This document shows positions 48,801 through 57,211 of a stretch of 64,000 bases of DNA, in pieces (position 1 is the stretch's first letter; every line of letters begins with the position of its first letter). Below the pieces are notes generated by a model. The model was given only the letters and a program-made list of their open reading frames with translations. It was not told where the DNA came from and ran no database searches. This stretch comes from an uncultured bacterium. Lineage in GTDB: Bacteria; Hydrothermota; UBA3073; NMUJ01; CBEVQO01. The stretch spans positions 256,001 to 320,000 of the forward strand of contig CBEVQO010000001.1 of NCBI GenBank assembly GCA_965552055.1, written 5' to 3'. Position numbers and translations under genes: made by a program.

Positions 48801-49832
48801 ATGTTGATGATGCTTCTTACTCTGGTTATGCGTGAGGCGATGTTTTATGAGCGCTTACCCGATGATTTTATTCGTTGTGGTATATGTTTTCGCAGATGTG
48901 TTGTTGCACCCGGTAAAGTGGGTTTCTGTCGAGTTCGTAAAAATATCAATGGCAAATATTTTTTGCTCGTGTATTCTTTGCCTTCGGCGGTGCATATTGA
49001 CCCGATTGAAAAAGAGCCACAATATCATTTTTTACCCGGTTCTGATATTCTTTGCATTGGAACTGTTGGATGTAATTTTGTTTGCAGGCATTGTCATAAC
49101 TGGCATCTATCACAGGCAAAATTCGGCGACCTTGAGATGTATAACCTGCCACCTGAAGAAGTAATAAAAATAGCGAAAGAAAGAAAAATACCAACAATAT
49201 CTTTTACCTACAATGAACCTCTTGTCTTTTACGAATATGTTTATGATATTGCAAGATTGGCTAAAAAAGAAGGGATAAGAATAATATGGCATTCAAATGG
49301 CTCTATAAATCCAGAACCTTTAAAAGAGCTTTTAAAATACACAGATGGTGTTACAATTGACCTTAAAGGTTTCAGTAAAAAGGCATACGATAATTCATCT
49401 GCGGAATTAGAACCTGTACTCCAAACTTTGAAGATTATAAAGGAATCAGGTAAATGGCTCGAGATAGTAAATCTCATTGTCACAACGATAAACGATGATA
49501 CAGGTGAAATAAGACGGATGTGCAGATGGATAAGAGAAAATTTAGGTGTTGATGTACCTTTGCATTTTACCAGATTTTTCCCGAATTATAAATTGACGAA
49601 TGTGCCACCTACTCCTATAAGCACTCTTGAAAAGGCTTATGAAATAGCAAAAGAAGAAGGTATAAAATTTGTTTATATCGGGAATGTCCCGGGACACAAA
49701 TACAACTCAACTTATTGTCCGAAATGTGGCAAAAGATTAATTTACAGAGTGCATTTCAATGTCCTTGAAAACAATATCGTTAATGGCAGATGTAAATTCT
49801 GTGGTTGCGAGATACCGGGTGTCTGGAGATAG
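48801..49832 (+). CDS. AmmeMemoRadiSam-system radical SAM enzyme, copy 1
   Basis: CGICFRRC..GFCRVR, DPIEKEP, GCNFVCRHCHNW, FTYNEP, TYCPKC..CKFC. Confidence 0.9.
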   Translation: MLMMLLTLVMREAMFYERLPDDFIRCGICFRRCVVAPGKVGFCRVRKNINGKYFLLVYSLPSAVHIDPIEKEPQYHFLPGSDILCIGTVGCNFVCRHCHNWHLSQAKFGDLEMYNLPPEEVIKIAKERKIPTISFTYNEPLVFYEYVYDIARLAKKEGIRIIWHSNGSINPEPLKELLKYTDGVTIDLKGFSKKAYDNSSAELEPVLQTLKIIKESGKWLEIVNLIVTTINDDTGEIRRMCRWIRENLGVDVPLHFTRFFPNYKLTNVPPTPISTLEKAYEIAKEEGIKFVYIGNVPGHKYNSTYCPKCGKRLIYRVHFNVLENNIVNGRCKFCGCEIPGVWR

Positions 49833-49843
49833 TTAAATAATAT

Positions 49844-50236
49844 TTAAAGTTCTGTAATTTCTCCTTTTCTTAAAAGGTAAAAGTCAACTTCAGGTGGCTT
49901 TACGCTGTTATTTATTATTGCTCCCCATTTTTCCTGTAATATTGCTCCGATTATTGCATCTATTTTTTTATCTTTTTCAGTTCCAAGATTTTCAACTTCA
50001 AAAAATAATTCGCTGAATTGATATTTTTTGCCTTTTGAATCACAAATTTCTCCAGAAATCAAAACAGCCTCTTTGAAATACAAAGATTTACCCCCTAATT
50101 CAATTTTTAATGGTTGCACAGGTACTCTGAGACAATCTTTTGTAAATTCCGAGCGAATATAAGAATGCATTGCTCCAGTGTCAATAACTGCGTTTAATAC
50201 TTTGTCGTTTAAGATTATTTTTACAAATGGTCTCAT
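49844..50236 (-). CDS. Clan-AA aspartyl protease
   Basis: AVIDTGA, DAIIGA. Confidence 0.75.
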   Translation of the reverse strand: MRPFVKIILNDKVLNAVIDTGAMHSYIRSEFTKDCLRVPVQPLKIELGGKSLYFKEAVLISGEICDSKGKKYQFSELFFEVENLGTEKDKKIDAIIGAILQEKWGAIINNSVKPPEVDFYLLRKGEITEL

Positions 50237-50242
50237 CGGTAA

Positions 50243-50298
50243 ATTATAATCATCAATGTGTTATGTCAAGCTTGACATTTGCATAATTGTTATAAAAA
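50243..50298. promoter_or_regulatory. Back-to-back promoters sharing the palindrome TGTCAAGCTTGACA
   Basis: Minus strand TTGACA-N15-TATAAT-N6-ATG(50236); plus strand TTGACA 50272-50277 before 50305. Confidence 0.7.
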
Positions 50299-50304
50299 AT
50301 AAAG

Positions 50305-50892
50305 ATGAGGAAGTTTTTGTTGATTTTTTTTGCTATCGTTATAGTTATCGTCTGGAATTTGTGTAAAAAATCGAAAGTTTATCGTATTGGAGAAATTTGT
50401 GTTGATACATTGAAAAAGGAAATAAGGTTTAAAGGCGAAGTTCTTCGTGATACCGGTTATTTTTATTTTCTTATTTATGTTTCTGGTTATAAATGGTTGC
50501 GGGAAAAATGTGCCATCATATCCGATGTTAAGCTTTCTGACCTGCAAAATGCTATTGCTTTGCTCAACTGGATGCTGTGGGATAGTTTGTGGACAGGCAA
50601 AGAAAGAGACCGCTTTGATATTTTTATAAAATGTGGAGGGAAAGAGATAAATGCGAAAGAAATCGTTGATGCAGATTTGGAATTTGCCGATATGATTTTT
50701 CTTGGCTCTCCCTATTTTGACCCTGTTGTGCTTGAAGAGAGTGCCACAAATTGCACAGATTGTCCACTGCTTCCACGGGAAATTGAATTCATAGAAAAAG
50801 AAATATTAAAGGGTAAAAAGGGCTTTAAAATAAAAGGTGATTTTCTGAAAAGAGGCAAAAAAGTGGAAATAAGGATAAAATTGCATGGTTGA
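50305..50892 (+). CDS. Membrane-anchored hypothetical protein with CxxC
   Basis: N-terminal TM; NCTDCP. Confidence 0.6.
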   Translation: MRKFLLIFFAIVIVIVWNLCKKSKVYRIGEICVDTLKKEIRFKGEVLRDTGYFYFLIYVSGYKWLREKCAIISDVKLSDLQNAIALLNWMLWDSLWTGKERDRFDIFIKCGGKEINAKEIVDADLEFADMIFLGSPYFDPVVLEESATNCTDCPLLPREIEFIEKEILKGKKGFKIKGDFLKRGKKVEIRIKLHG

Positions 50893-51490
50893 GATGTTTT
50901 TACTCGGGGTTACTTCTTCTTTCTCGCAGTGTCTTTTGTGTTACTTCCCTGTGATATTTCCCTATTTGATTGCCACAAAGAGAGATTTAAAAAGCACATT
51001 GAAATCTATTTCAATATTTTTATTCACTGGTTTAGTTTGTTATACTTTGCTTGGTGCTTTTACTTCGCTTTTTTCTCAAAAACTTTTTTCTATTCTAAAA
51101 TCTTATAAAGTCTGGATATATATAGCGGGAGGTGGTTTTATAACTTTTCTTTCTTTGCTTTTGATTTTTGGTAAAGAGATTAAAATCTGCAAAATAAAGT
51201 TAAGGCAAAAAGAATTTAGCAATCTGGATTTTGTATTACTTGGCATTTTTTTCAGTATTTTACCATGTATCCCTCTTTTTTGTCTTCTGACTTATATTCT
51301 TTTGAAGGGTAAATCTTTTCTTGATGGTGCTTTGCTTGGATTTTTGTTTGGTTCAGGGAGATTTATCTCTCCTCTTTTTGTTTTTTCATTTGTTCCTCGC
51401 CTTTTGAAGAAGACATTACTTTTGTCGAGAATCTGTGGTTTTGTTATGCTGGTGATAGGTTTGAATTTGATATTTTCGCAGTTGCTATGA
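50885..51490 (+). CDS. DsbD_2/CcdA-like membrane protein
   Basis: About six TMs; SQCLLC and LPC conserved-type cysteines. Confidence 0.7.
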   Translation: MVEMFLLGVTSSFSQCLLCYFPVIFPYLIATKRDLKSTLKSISIFLFTGLVCYTLLGAFTSLFSQKLFSILKSYKVWIYIAGGGFITFLSLLLIFGKEIKICKIKLRQKEFSNLDFVLLGIFFSILPCIPLFCLLTYILLKGKSFLDGALLGFLFGSGRFISPLFVFSFVPRLLKKTLLLSRICGFVMLVIGLNLIFSQLL

Positions 51491-52563
51491 GGTATTTAGG
51501 GGTTATATTTTTGCTTTTGGTAAATGGTTTATCGTCGCAATATGCTCCCTGGATTCGTGAAGCAAAGTATTATAAAAAGCTGGATGATAATTATGTTCAG
51601 TGTTTGCTCTGTCCACGCAAATGCATGTTGCCACCGGGAGCTACCGGTTTCTGTCGCAATCGCAAAAATATTGATGGCAAATTGTATACTCTTGTTTATG
51701 GTAGATTGTGTTCGGTTAACATTGATATTATTGAGAAAGCTCCTTTTTATCATGTTTTGCCGGGTAGTAAGCGTCTTGCATGTGCTGCTGTCTCATGCAA
51801 TCTCCGCTGTAAATACTGTCAGAACTGGCACATATCACAGGTGGGTCCCGGCGAGGTACCAGAATATTATATACCACCGGAGGAACTCGTAAAAATAGCA
51901 AAGAAATATGGATTGAAAATTATATGTTTCACTTACACTGAGCCAACAGTTTGCTACGAATACATGCTGGATGTTTTTAAAATTGCGAAAAAAGAAGGTC
52001 TTATTACAACTATAGTTTCAAATGGCTACATAAATCCAGAACCTTTAAAGGAACTGTTAAAATATACAGATGCTATAAAGATTGATTTAAAGGGGTTTAC
52101 AGAAGATTTTTATAGAGAAGTATCGATGGGTGATTTAAAAAGTGTTTTGAGGACTTTAAAAATCATAAAAAAATCTGGTGTGTGGCTTGAGATTGTTAAT
52201 TTAGTTGTTCCTACTTTGAATGATAACCCGGAGGATATAAGGAGGATGTGCGAGTGGATAAGGGATAGTTTGGGTCCTGATGTGCCCGTGCATTTTACCC
52301 GATTTCATCCGGATTATAAGCTTACAAATCTGCCAGCAACTCCCATAAAAACACTTGAGCGTGCAGTAAAAATAGCAAAAGAAGTTGGCTTACATTATGT
52401 ATATATAGGGAATGTGCCGGGGCATCCTTATAACAATACTTATTGTCCTTATTGTGGTAAATTATTGATAAGAAGGGTTGGTTTAACTGTTCTTGAAAAT
52501 CACATTAAGGATGGAAAATGCCCATATTGCGGTCATAAAATACCTGGTTTATGGAGTTTTTGA
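51487..52563 (+). CDS. AmmeMemoRadiSam-system radical SAM enzyme, copy 2
   Basis: CLLCPRKC..GFCRNR, IEKAPFYH, SCNLRCKYCQNW, FTYTEP, TYCPYC..CPYC. Confidence 0.9.
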   Translation: MRYLGVIFLLLVNGLSSQYAPWIREAKYYKKLDDNYVQCLLCPRKCMLPPGATGFCRNRKNIDGKLYTLVYGRLCSVNIDIIEKAPFYHVLPGSKRLACAAVSCNLRCKYCQNWHISQVGPGEVPEYYIPPEELVKIAKKYGLKIICFTYTEPTVCYEYMLDVFKIAKKEGLITTIVSNGYINPEPLKELLKYTDAIKIDLKGFTEDFYREVSMGDLKSVLRTLKIIKKSGVWLEIVNLVVPTLNDNPEDIRRMCEWIRDSLGPDVPVHFTRFHPDYKLTNLPATPIKTLERAVKIAKEVGLHYVYIGNVPGHPYNNTYCPYCGKLLIRRVGLTVLENHIKDGKCPYCGHKIPGLWSF

Positions 52564-53238
52564 TAGTTTGATTTTTATAAAAGCAATTGTTTTCAAAGTG
52601 CATAGTATTCCATAGAAAACGATGAAGAATCTAAATCCCCATATTACGAATTTAAAGATGGGTGAGAAGAAAAACAAAACATGAGTTGCTTCTATTGTAG
52701 AGGGTATAGGAATCATTCTTCTTTCTCGCAGAAAATTAACGAATTTCTGCGGTAAAATGTATTCTCTTTCTTCAAGATAATGTTTTGCTTCTGCTCTCCT
52801 GAAATCGTAAAAGTCGTTTAATAAAATTAAAAAGATAGATATGAGTGGATAAGCCAAATTTATTTTTTGCCCTAGGGCAAGGCAGATTGAAAGAAATATG
52901 TAGGAGAGATGGTCTTCAAATATATCGAATATTTTACCGAATTTTGTTATTTTGCCAGTAACTCTTGCGAGTTTGCCGTCAACACAATCAAAAATAAAAG
53001 CAATCTCATAAAGAAAGGCGCCTATCAATAGATACTTATAATCTCCTTTTAAAAATAAATATGCACTGCAAAGTTTTATCAGGAATTTTAAGATGCTTAT
53101 TTGATTTGGTGTAATTTTTGTATAATTTGCGAAGAAATAGGTAAGTGGCAAAGCGAACTTATCTGCTACGAGCACAGTCCACCATGCATCATACTTCTTT
53201 AAACCCTTCTCCTTTACTTCCTGATAAGTATATTTCAT
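52549..53238 (-). CDS. CDP-alcohol phosphotransferase family protein
   Basis: ITPNQIS, DCVDGKLARVTGKITKFGKIFDIFED. Confidence 0.9.
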   Translation of the reverse strand: MKYTYQEVKEKGLKKYDAWWTVLVADKFALPLTYFFANYTKITPNQISILKFLIKLCSAYLFLKGDYKYLLIGAFLYEIAFIFDCVDGKLARVTGKITKFGKIFDIFEDHLSYIFLSICLALGQKINLAYPLISIFLILLNDFYDFRRAEAKHYLEEREYILPQKFVNFLRERRMIPIPSTIEATHVLFFFSPIFKFVIWGFRFFIVFYGILCTLKTIAFIKIKLSKTP

Positions 53239-54263
53239 TTAATCTCCTTTATTGCGTTCAATTTTTCTGTTTCTCCTTTTATATCAAGAATTGTGAATCT
53301 TCCTTTTCTCATTTGTGGAGCAATTCTCACTGCTTCCATAAATATATTTTCGTCTATTCCGATTTGCGATAATTTTGTTGGAAAACTTATTTTGTTATAT
53401 ACTTTTTTGATGATAGAAGAGTTCTTTTTTCTTAATTTTTGTGTATATAATGTTGCTATACCTACCTGTATTCCGTGTGGTTTAGATTTTTTTAGTAGTT
53501 TATCGAGTGCGTGGCTTATAAGGTGTTCTGCTCCGCTACATGGTCTGCTGCTTCCAGCTATATTCATCGCTATACCACTGAGTGCAAGACATCTTGCGAG
53601 TTCATATAAAAATTCGTCCTCTCTTATATTTATTTTTCTATTTTTAAGTACGAACCTTATGAATTCCTCTGCTGCGTTTCTTGCAATCATTTCGCTTAGA
53701 GGGTCGAATTTTTCGCCCTTCAGTTTATGTGCGAGAATCCAGTCTTCAACGGCTGATAGGTTTGAAAGGAGGTCACCTGCTCCTGCTTTTATCTGTTCGT
53801 CTCTTGCCCTTTTTACAATATCTATATCAATTATTATGCAAACAGGTGCATGTGTTGCTATGCTGCGGAAATTATCTTTCTGCTTCAAAACTGCTACTAC
53901 AGAGGATATACCATCATGAGATAAAGTGGTTGGGCACACTATTAATTTTTTTCCTGTTTTGTTACTAACATATTTTGCAACATCGAGTACTTTTCCTCCT
54001 CCTATAGCAAGCAAGACATCGATTCCATTTTCTTTAACAAGAGTGGAAATTCTATTGCCTTCATCGAAAGAATTTGTCGCAACAGTAAAATGGCTTAATG
54101 CACAGTTGAAATGTTTTTTTATGTCGTTTGCAACTTCAAAAGTAAAAGTTTTTCCAGAAATTATCCCGAGATGTGAAAATTTTATATTACTTTCGATTAT
54201 CTCTTTTATCTTTTCGGACATCCTATTTCCTATATGAAAATATGGGAAGAAAGATTCTCTCAA
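53235..54263 (-). CDS. Glycerol-1-phosphate dehydrogenase-like (EgsA/AraM family)
   Basis: GGGKVLDVAKY, PTTLSHDGISS, AGAGDLLSN, GSSRPCSGAEHLISHALD, HGIQVG. Confidence 0.85.
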   Translation of the reverse strand: MRESFFPYFHIGNRMSEKIKEIIESNIKFSHLGIISGKTFTFEVANDIKKHFNCALSHFTVATNSFDEGNRISTLVKENGIDVLLAIGGGKVLDVAKYVSNKTGKKLIVCPTTLSHDGISSVVAVLKQKDNFRSIATHAPVCIIIDIDIVKRARDEQIKAGAGDLLSNLSAVEDWILAHKLKGEKFDPLSEMIARNAAEEFIRFVLKNRKINIREDEFLYELARCLALSGIAMNIAGSSRPCSGAEHLISHALDKLLKKSKPHGIQVGIATLYTQKLRKKNSSIIKKVYNKISFPTKLSQIGIDENIFMEAVRIAPQMRKGRFTILDIKGETEKLNAIKEIK

Positions 54264-54967
54264 GTTATCTCCTTTTTGTAAATTTCCTTTGCATATACAT
54301 AATCTTCAAAAGTATCCACTTCTGTCCATGGCAATCCATCCGTAAATACAGGTATTATATCTATATCACGGGTTATTTCGTTAAATGCTTCTTCATACCA
54401 TTCATTTACCTTTCCTTCATTTACCATTTCAAAAACTTTTTCCCGTAATATTTTTAAACCCTTTCCGGAAAATTTAGCAATGCCTATATATTCACCAGCA
54501 GAAAATTCAATACTCAAATTTTTGCGAAAAAGTAAAACTTTACCATTTTCGATTTTTACCTTCATTTCTTCTTCTCCGAGTTTTTTAACATTGTCGACAC
54601 ATACTGCATTTTCATAATCGCAATTTAAAATTTTATCGAGTATTCTGGGATGAAAGATTACATCAGAATTTACTATGAGGATACTATCGGCATTTTGCAA
54701 GTATGTTAGTGCATATTTTAGCGAAACAATATTATTTTTTTCATATTCCGGATTGTAAATAAAATTTACATTCTCATTTATACTGCTTTTTACTTTGTCA
54801 GCACCGTGTCCGATCACTATATTTATTTTAAGGTTATATTTCTTGAGGATTTTTATCTGAAATGATATGAAATTATCACCATTTAGAGGTAGCAAGCATT
54901 TAGGTATTTTTTCTGTAAGTGGTCTCAATCTTTTGCTCTCACCTGCTGCCAAAATTACTGCATCCAT
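54260..54967 (-). CDS. Phosphocholine/sugar-phosphate cytidylyltransferase family protein
   Basis: ILAAGESKRLRPLT..PKCLL, NSDV, GEYIGI, WTEVDTFED. Confidence 0.9.
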   Translation of the reverse strand: MDAVILAAGESKRLRPLTEKIPKCLLPLNGDNFISFQIKILKKYNLKINIVIGHGADKVKSSINENVNFIYNPEYEKNNIVSLKYALTYLQNADSILIVNSDVIFHPRILDKILNCDYENAVCVDNVKKLGEEEMKVKIENGKVLLFRKNLSIEFSAGEYIGIAKFSGKGLKILREKVFEMVNEGKVNEWYEEAFNEITRDIDIIPVFTDGLPWTEVDTFEDYVYAKEIYKKEIT

Positions 54968-54988
54968 CTTTATATTAAAATCAAAATA

Positions 54989-57211
54989 CTATTTTGTCAA
55001 CCTTATTTGTAATATGCTTAAAATTTTCAAAAGGATTAGTAGCATACATGTATTTTTAAGTCCCAGCAATGGGAATATAATCACACCGCCGGTTAATCCT
55101 CCGAGCCAGCCACCTATTAGGTCAGCAGCATAAAGCAAACCAGCAGACTCAGATATTGATTCACTGCCTCTGAGATAAATTTTGTTACACAGAGGAAATT
55201 CAAGCCCAAGTAAGAAGCCCGAAATTAAATTTAGCAAAATAAAGAGAGGCAAATTTAAAATACCGTGAATCGAAATCAGAAGCAGAGCGAAAATCAAAAT
55301 TAGAAATTCAATTGCGGTTAATATTTTAAAATCATTTTTTATCGTTCTTAAATTTTTTGTAGAAAAATATCCCCCTGTCGCTGTGCCCGCCATAAATGAA
55401 GAAGTCAGAATGCCAATCCAGTAATAAAGATATCCGTAAGTTATTTGAAATAAAAAACTGAGAATTAAACTAAAAATCATCCCACAAAATCCGGAAGATG
55501 CTATTACGAAAAACATAACCCATTTTTTGTCCTTCTTAAAAGATTTTATAATGAAAATCAAACTCAGTGCAAGAATCATTAAAAGAATTTGCCATAGTTT
55601 TATTTTTTCGATAGTTTTAAAGATTTTACAGAGATAAGGAGCAAACTGTGCATCCCAGTATCTCAAAGTATGCCACACAGAAATCGGATGGTAATCGGAA
55701 TTTATGCCCTTTATGTAACCTTTGAGAGAACCGTAAAACCAGTCGAACCACCTTTTCGAAAGTTTATACTCGATATAAAACGGTGTGATAAAATTCGTCT
55801 TCAAATCATATTTTTTTAAATTTTTGATTAAAAACTGAGGTGAAAGGTTTATTTCTTCGTCTGATGCAAGATAAATATTTACATCGCCCGGTATTACTTT
55901 CACGAAGTTGAAAGATTTTTGAAGGGTGTTCAGGATGCAACCTATTAAAGATTTCAGTTCTCTTGATAAATAAACAGAAGAGCCGGGTGTATGGAGGACC
56001 AGAATTCCTTTTTTGTTTAATTTTTGTTTTGCAAGTTCAAAGAATTCTTTTGAGAAGAATCTATTTATTTGCAATTCAGAAGGTGTTGAGAATCCCACGA
56101 ATATTATGTCGTATTTTTCTTTGGTTTCTTTAAGGAAAAATCTTGCGTCTGTGTATTTTATATTAACTCTATTATCTTTTAATTCCTTTTCGGTCAATGT
56201 TGTTTTGTATTTATGCAGCATTTTCATTACTTCTGGGTCGAGTTCAGCGTAATCTATTTTTTCGACAGGATATTTTAATATTTCTGCGATGATACCCCCT
56301 GCTCCGCCACTTAGTATTAAAATTTTCCGGGGCATAGGATGTGCAAGCATGGGGAAATGTGTTATTTCTTCTACAAACGCAATATCGGGTATCGGTGTGG
56401 TGATAAAGGGAGTGCCATCATAATAAAATGTATATTGCTCTTCTTCTTTTATGACAGCGATGTTGCCAAAGATAGAATTCCTGTAATCTATGACATTGTA
56501 AGGGGAAAATTGCTTTTTTATAGAATTCCAGTGAATTTTCAATGTGACACCGAAAAATATACAAAATGAAAAAAGAAAAAGTATAAAGGTCATCAGGTAA
56601 AATAAAGGTTTTTTAAAATTTTTATCCTGCGTGATAAAGAAAATAAGGCAAAGGAAGAGGTTTAATGCGGATATTATGAAAGATGTATTGAAGGAATTTG
56701 TTAGTGGGATAAAGAGGTATGTTATCAAAATACCGCCCGCAATGGTACCAGCTGTTTCGAATACATAAACTTTCCCGATGGATTCCGCTTTATCTTCACC
56801 TGCAATTTCTGCAAGTATTTTGCATGAATAAGTAAAAAGAGCACCATGCGAGAAGCTCACAGGGAACAAAATAAAGAGAGAAGAATAGATAACCGGCAAT
56901 AAACCGATTACTTCGCCCGGCATCACCCCTAATATATGGCGTAAAATCCTGGTTAAATAAATCGAAAGAGGAAAGGTTAAAGAGAAAATGATTTGAGTAA
57001 TTAAGAAAATTTTTATCTTATCTTTTTGCTTTTCAATTGTTTTACCGAGAAAATATGCTCCGGCTGCTTCTGCTATTAGCCAGTTGGCAAGTATTATCCC
57101 GATAGTTAATTCATTACCCGAGAAAATTACAAGTAGTTCGCGGATAAGAAGAGTTTCTGCAATCATTCCACTTATTCCTATGAGAAAAATTAATGAGACG
57201 AAAAGGTTCAT
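54989..57211 (-). CDS. Membrane protein fused to a spermidine-synthase-like domain
   Basis: TM blocks flanking ILILSGGAGG, YAELDP, DARFFL; LYAADLIGG. Confidence 0.85.
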   Translation of the reverse strand: MNLFVSLIFLIGISGMIAETLLIRELLVIFSGNELTIGIILANWLIAEAAGAYFLGKTIEKQKDKIKIFLITQIIFSLTFPLSIYLTRILRHILGVMPGEVIGLLPVIYSSLFILFPVSFSHGALFTYSCKILAEIAGEDKAESIGKVYVFETAGTIAGGILITYLFIPLTNSFNTSFIISALNLFLCLIFFITQDKNFKKPLFYLMTFILFLFSFCIFFGVTLKIHWNSIKKQFSPYNVIDYRNSIFGNIAVIKEEEQYTFYYDGTPFITTPIPDIAFVEEITHFPMLAHPMPRKILILSGGAGGIIAEILKYPVEKIDYAELDPEVMKMLHKYKTTLTEKELKDNRVNIKYTDARFFLKETKEKYDIIFVGFSTPSELQINRFFSKEFFELAKQKLNKKGILVLHTPGSSVYLSRELKSLIGCILNTLQKSFNFVKVIPGDVNIYLASDEEINLSPQFLIKNLKKYDLKTNFITPFYIEYKLSKRWFDWFYGSLKGYIKGINSDYHPISVWHTLRYWDAQFAPYLCKIFKTIEKIKLWQILLMILALSLIFIIKSFKKDKKWVMFFVIASSGFCGMIFSLILSFLFQITYGYLYYWIGILTSSFMAGTATGGYFSTKNLRTIKNDFKILTAIEFLILIFALLLISIHGILNLPLFILLNLISGFLLGLEFPLCNKIYLRGSESISESAGLLYAADLIGGWLGGLTGGVIIFPLLGLKNTCMLLILLKILSILQIRLTK

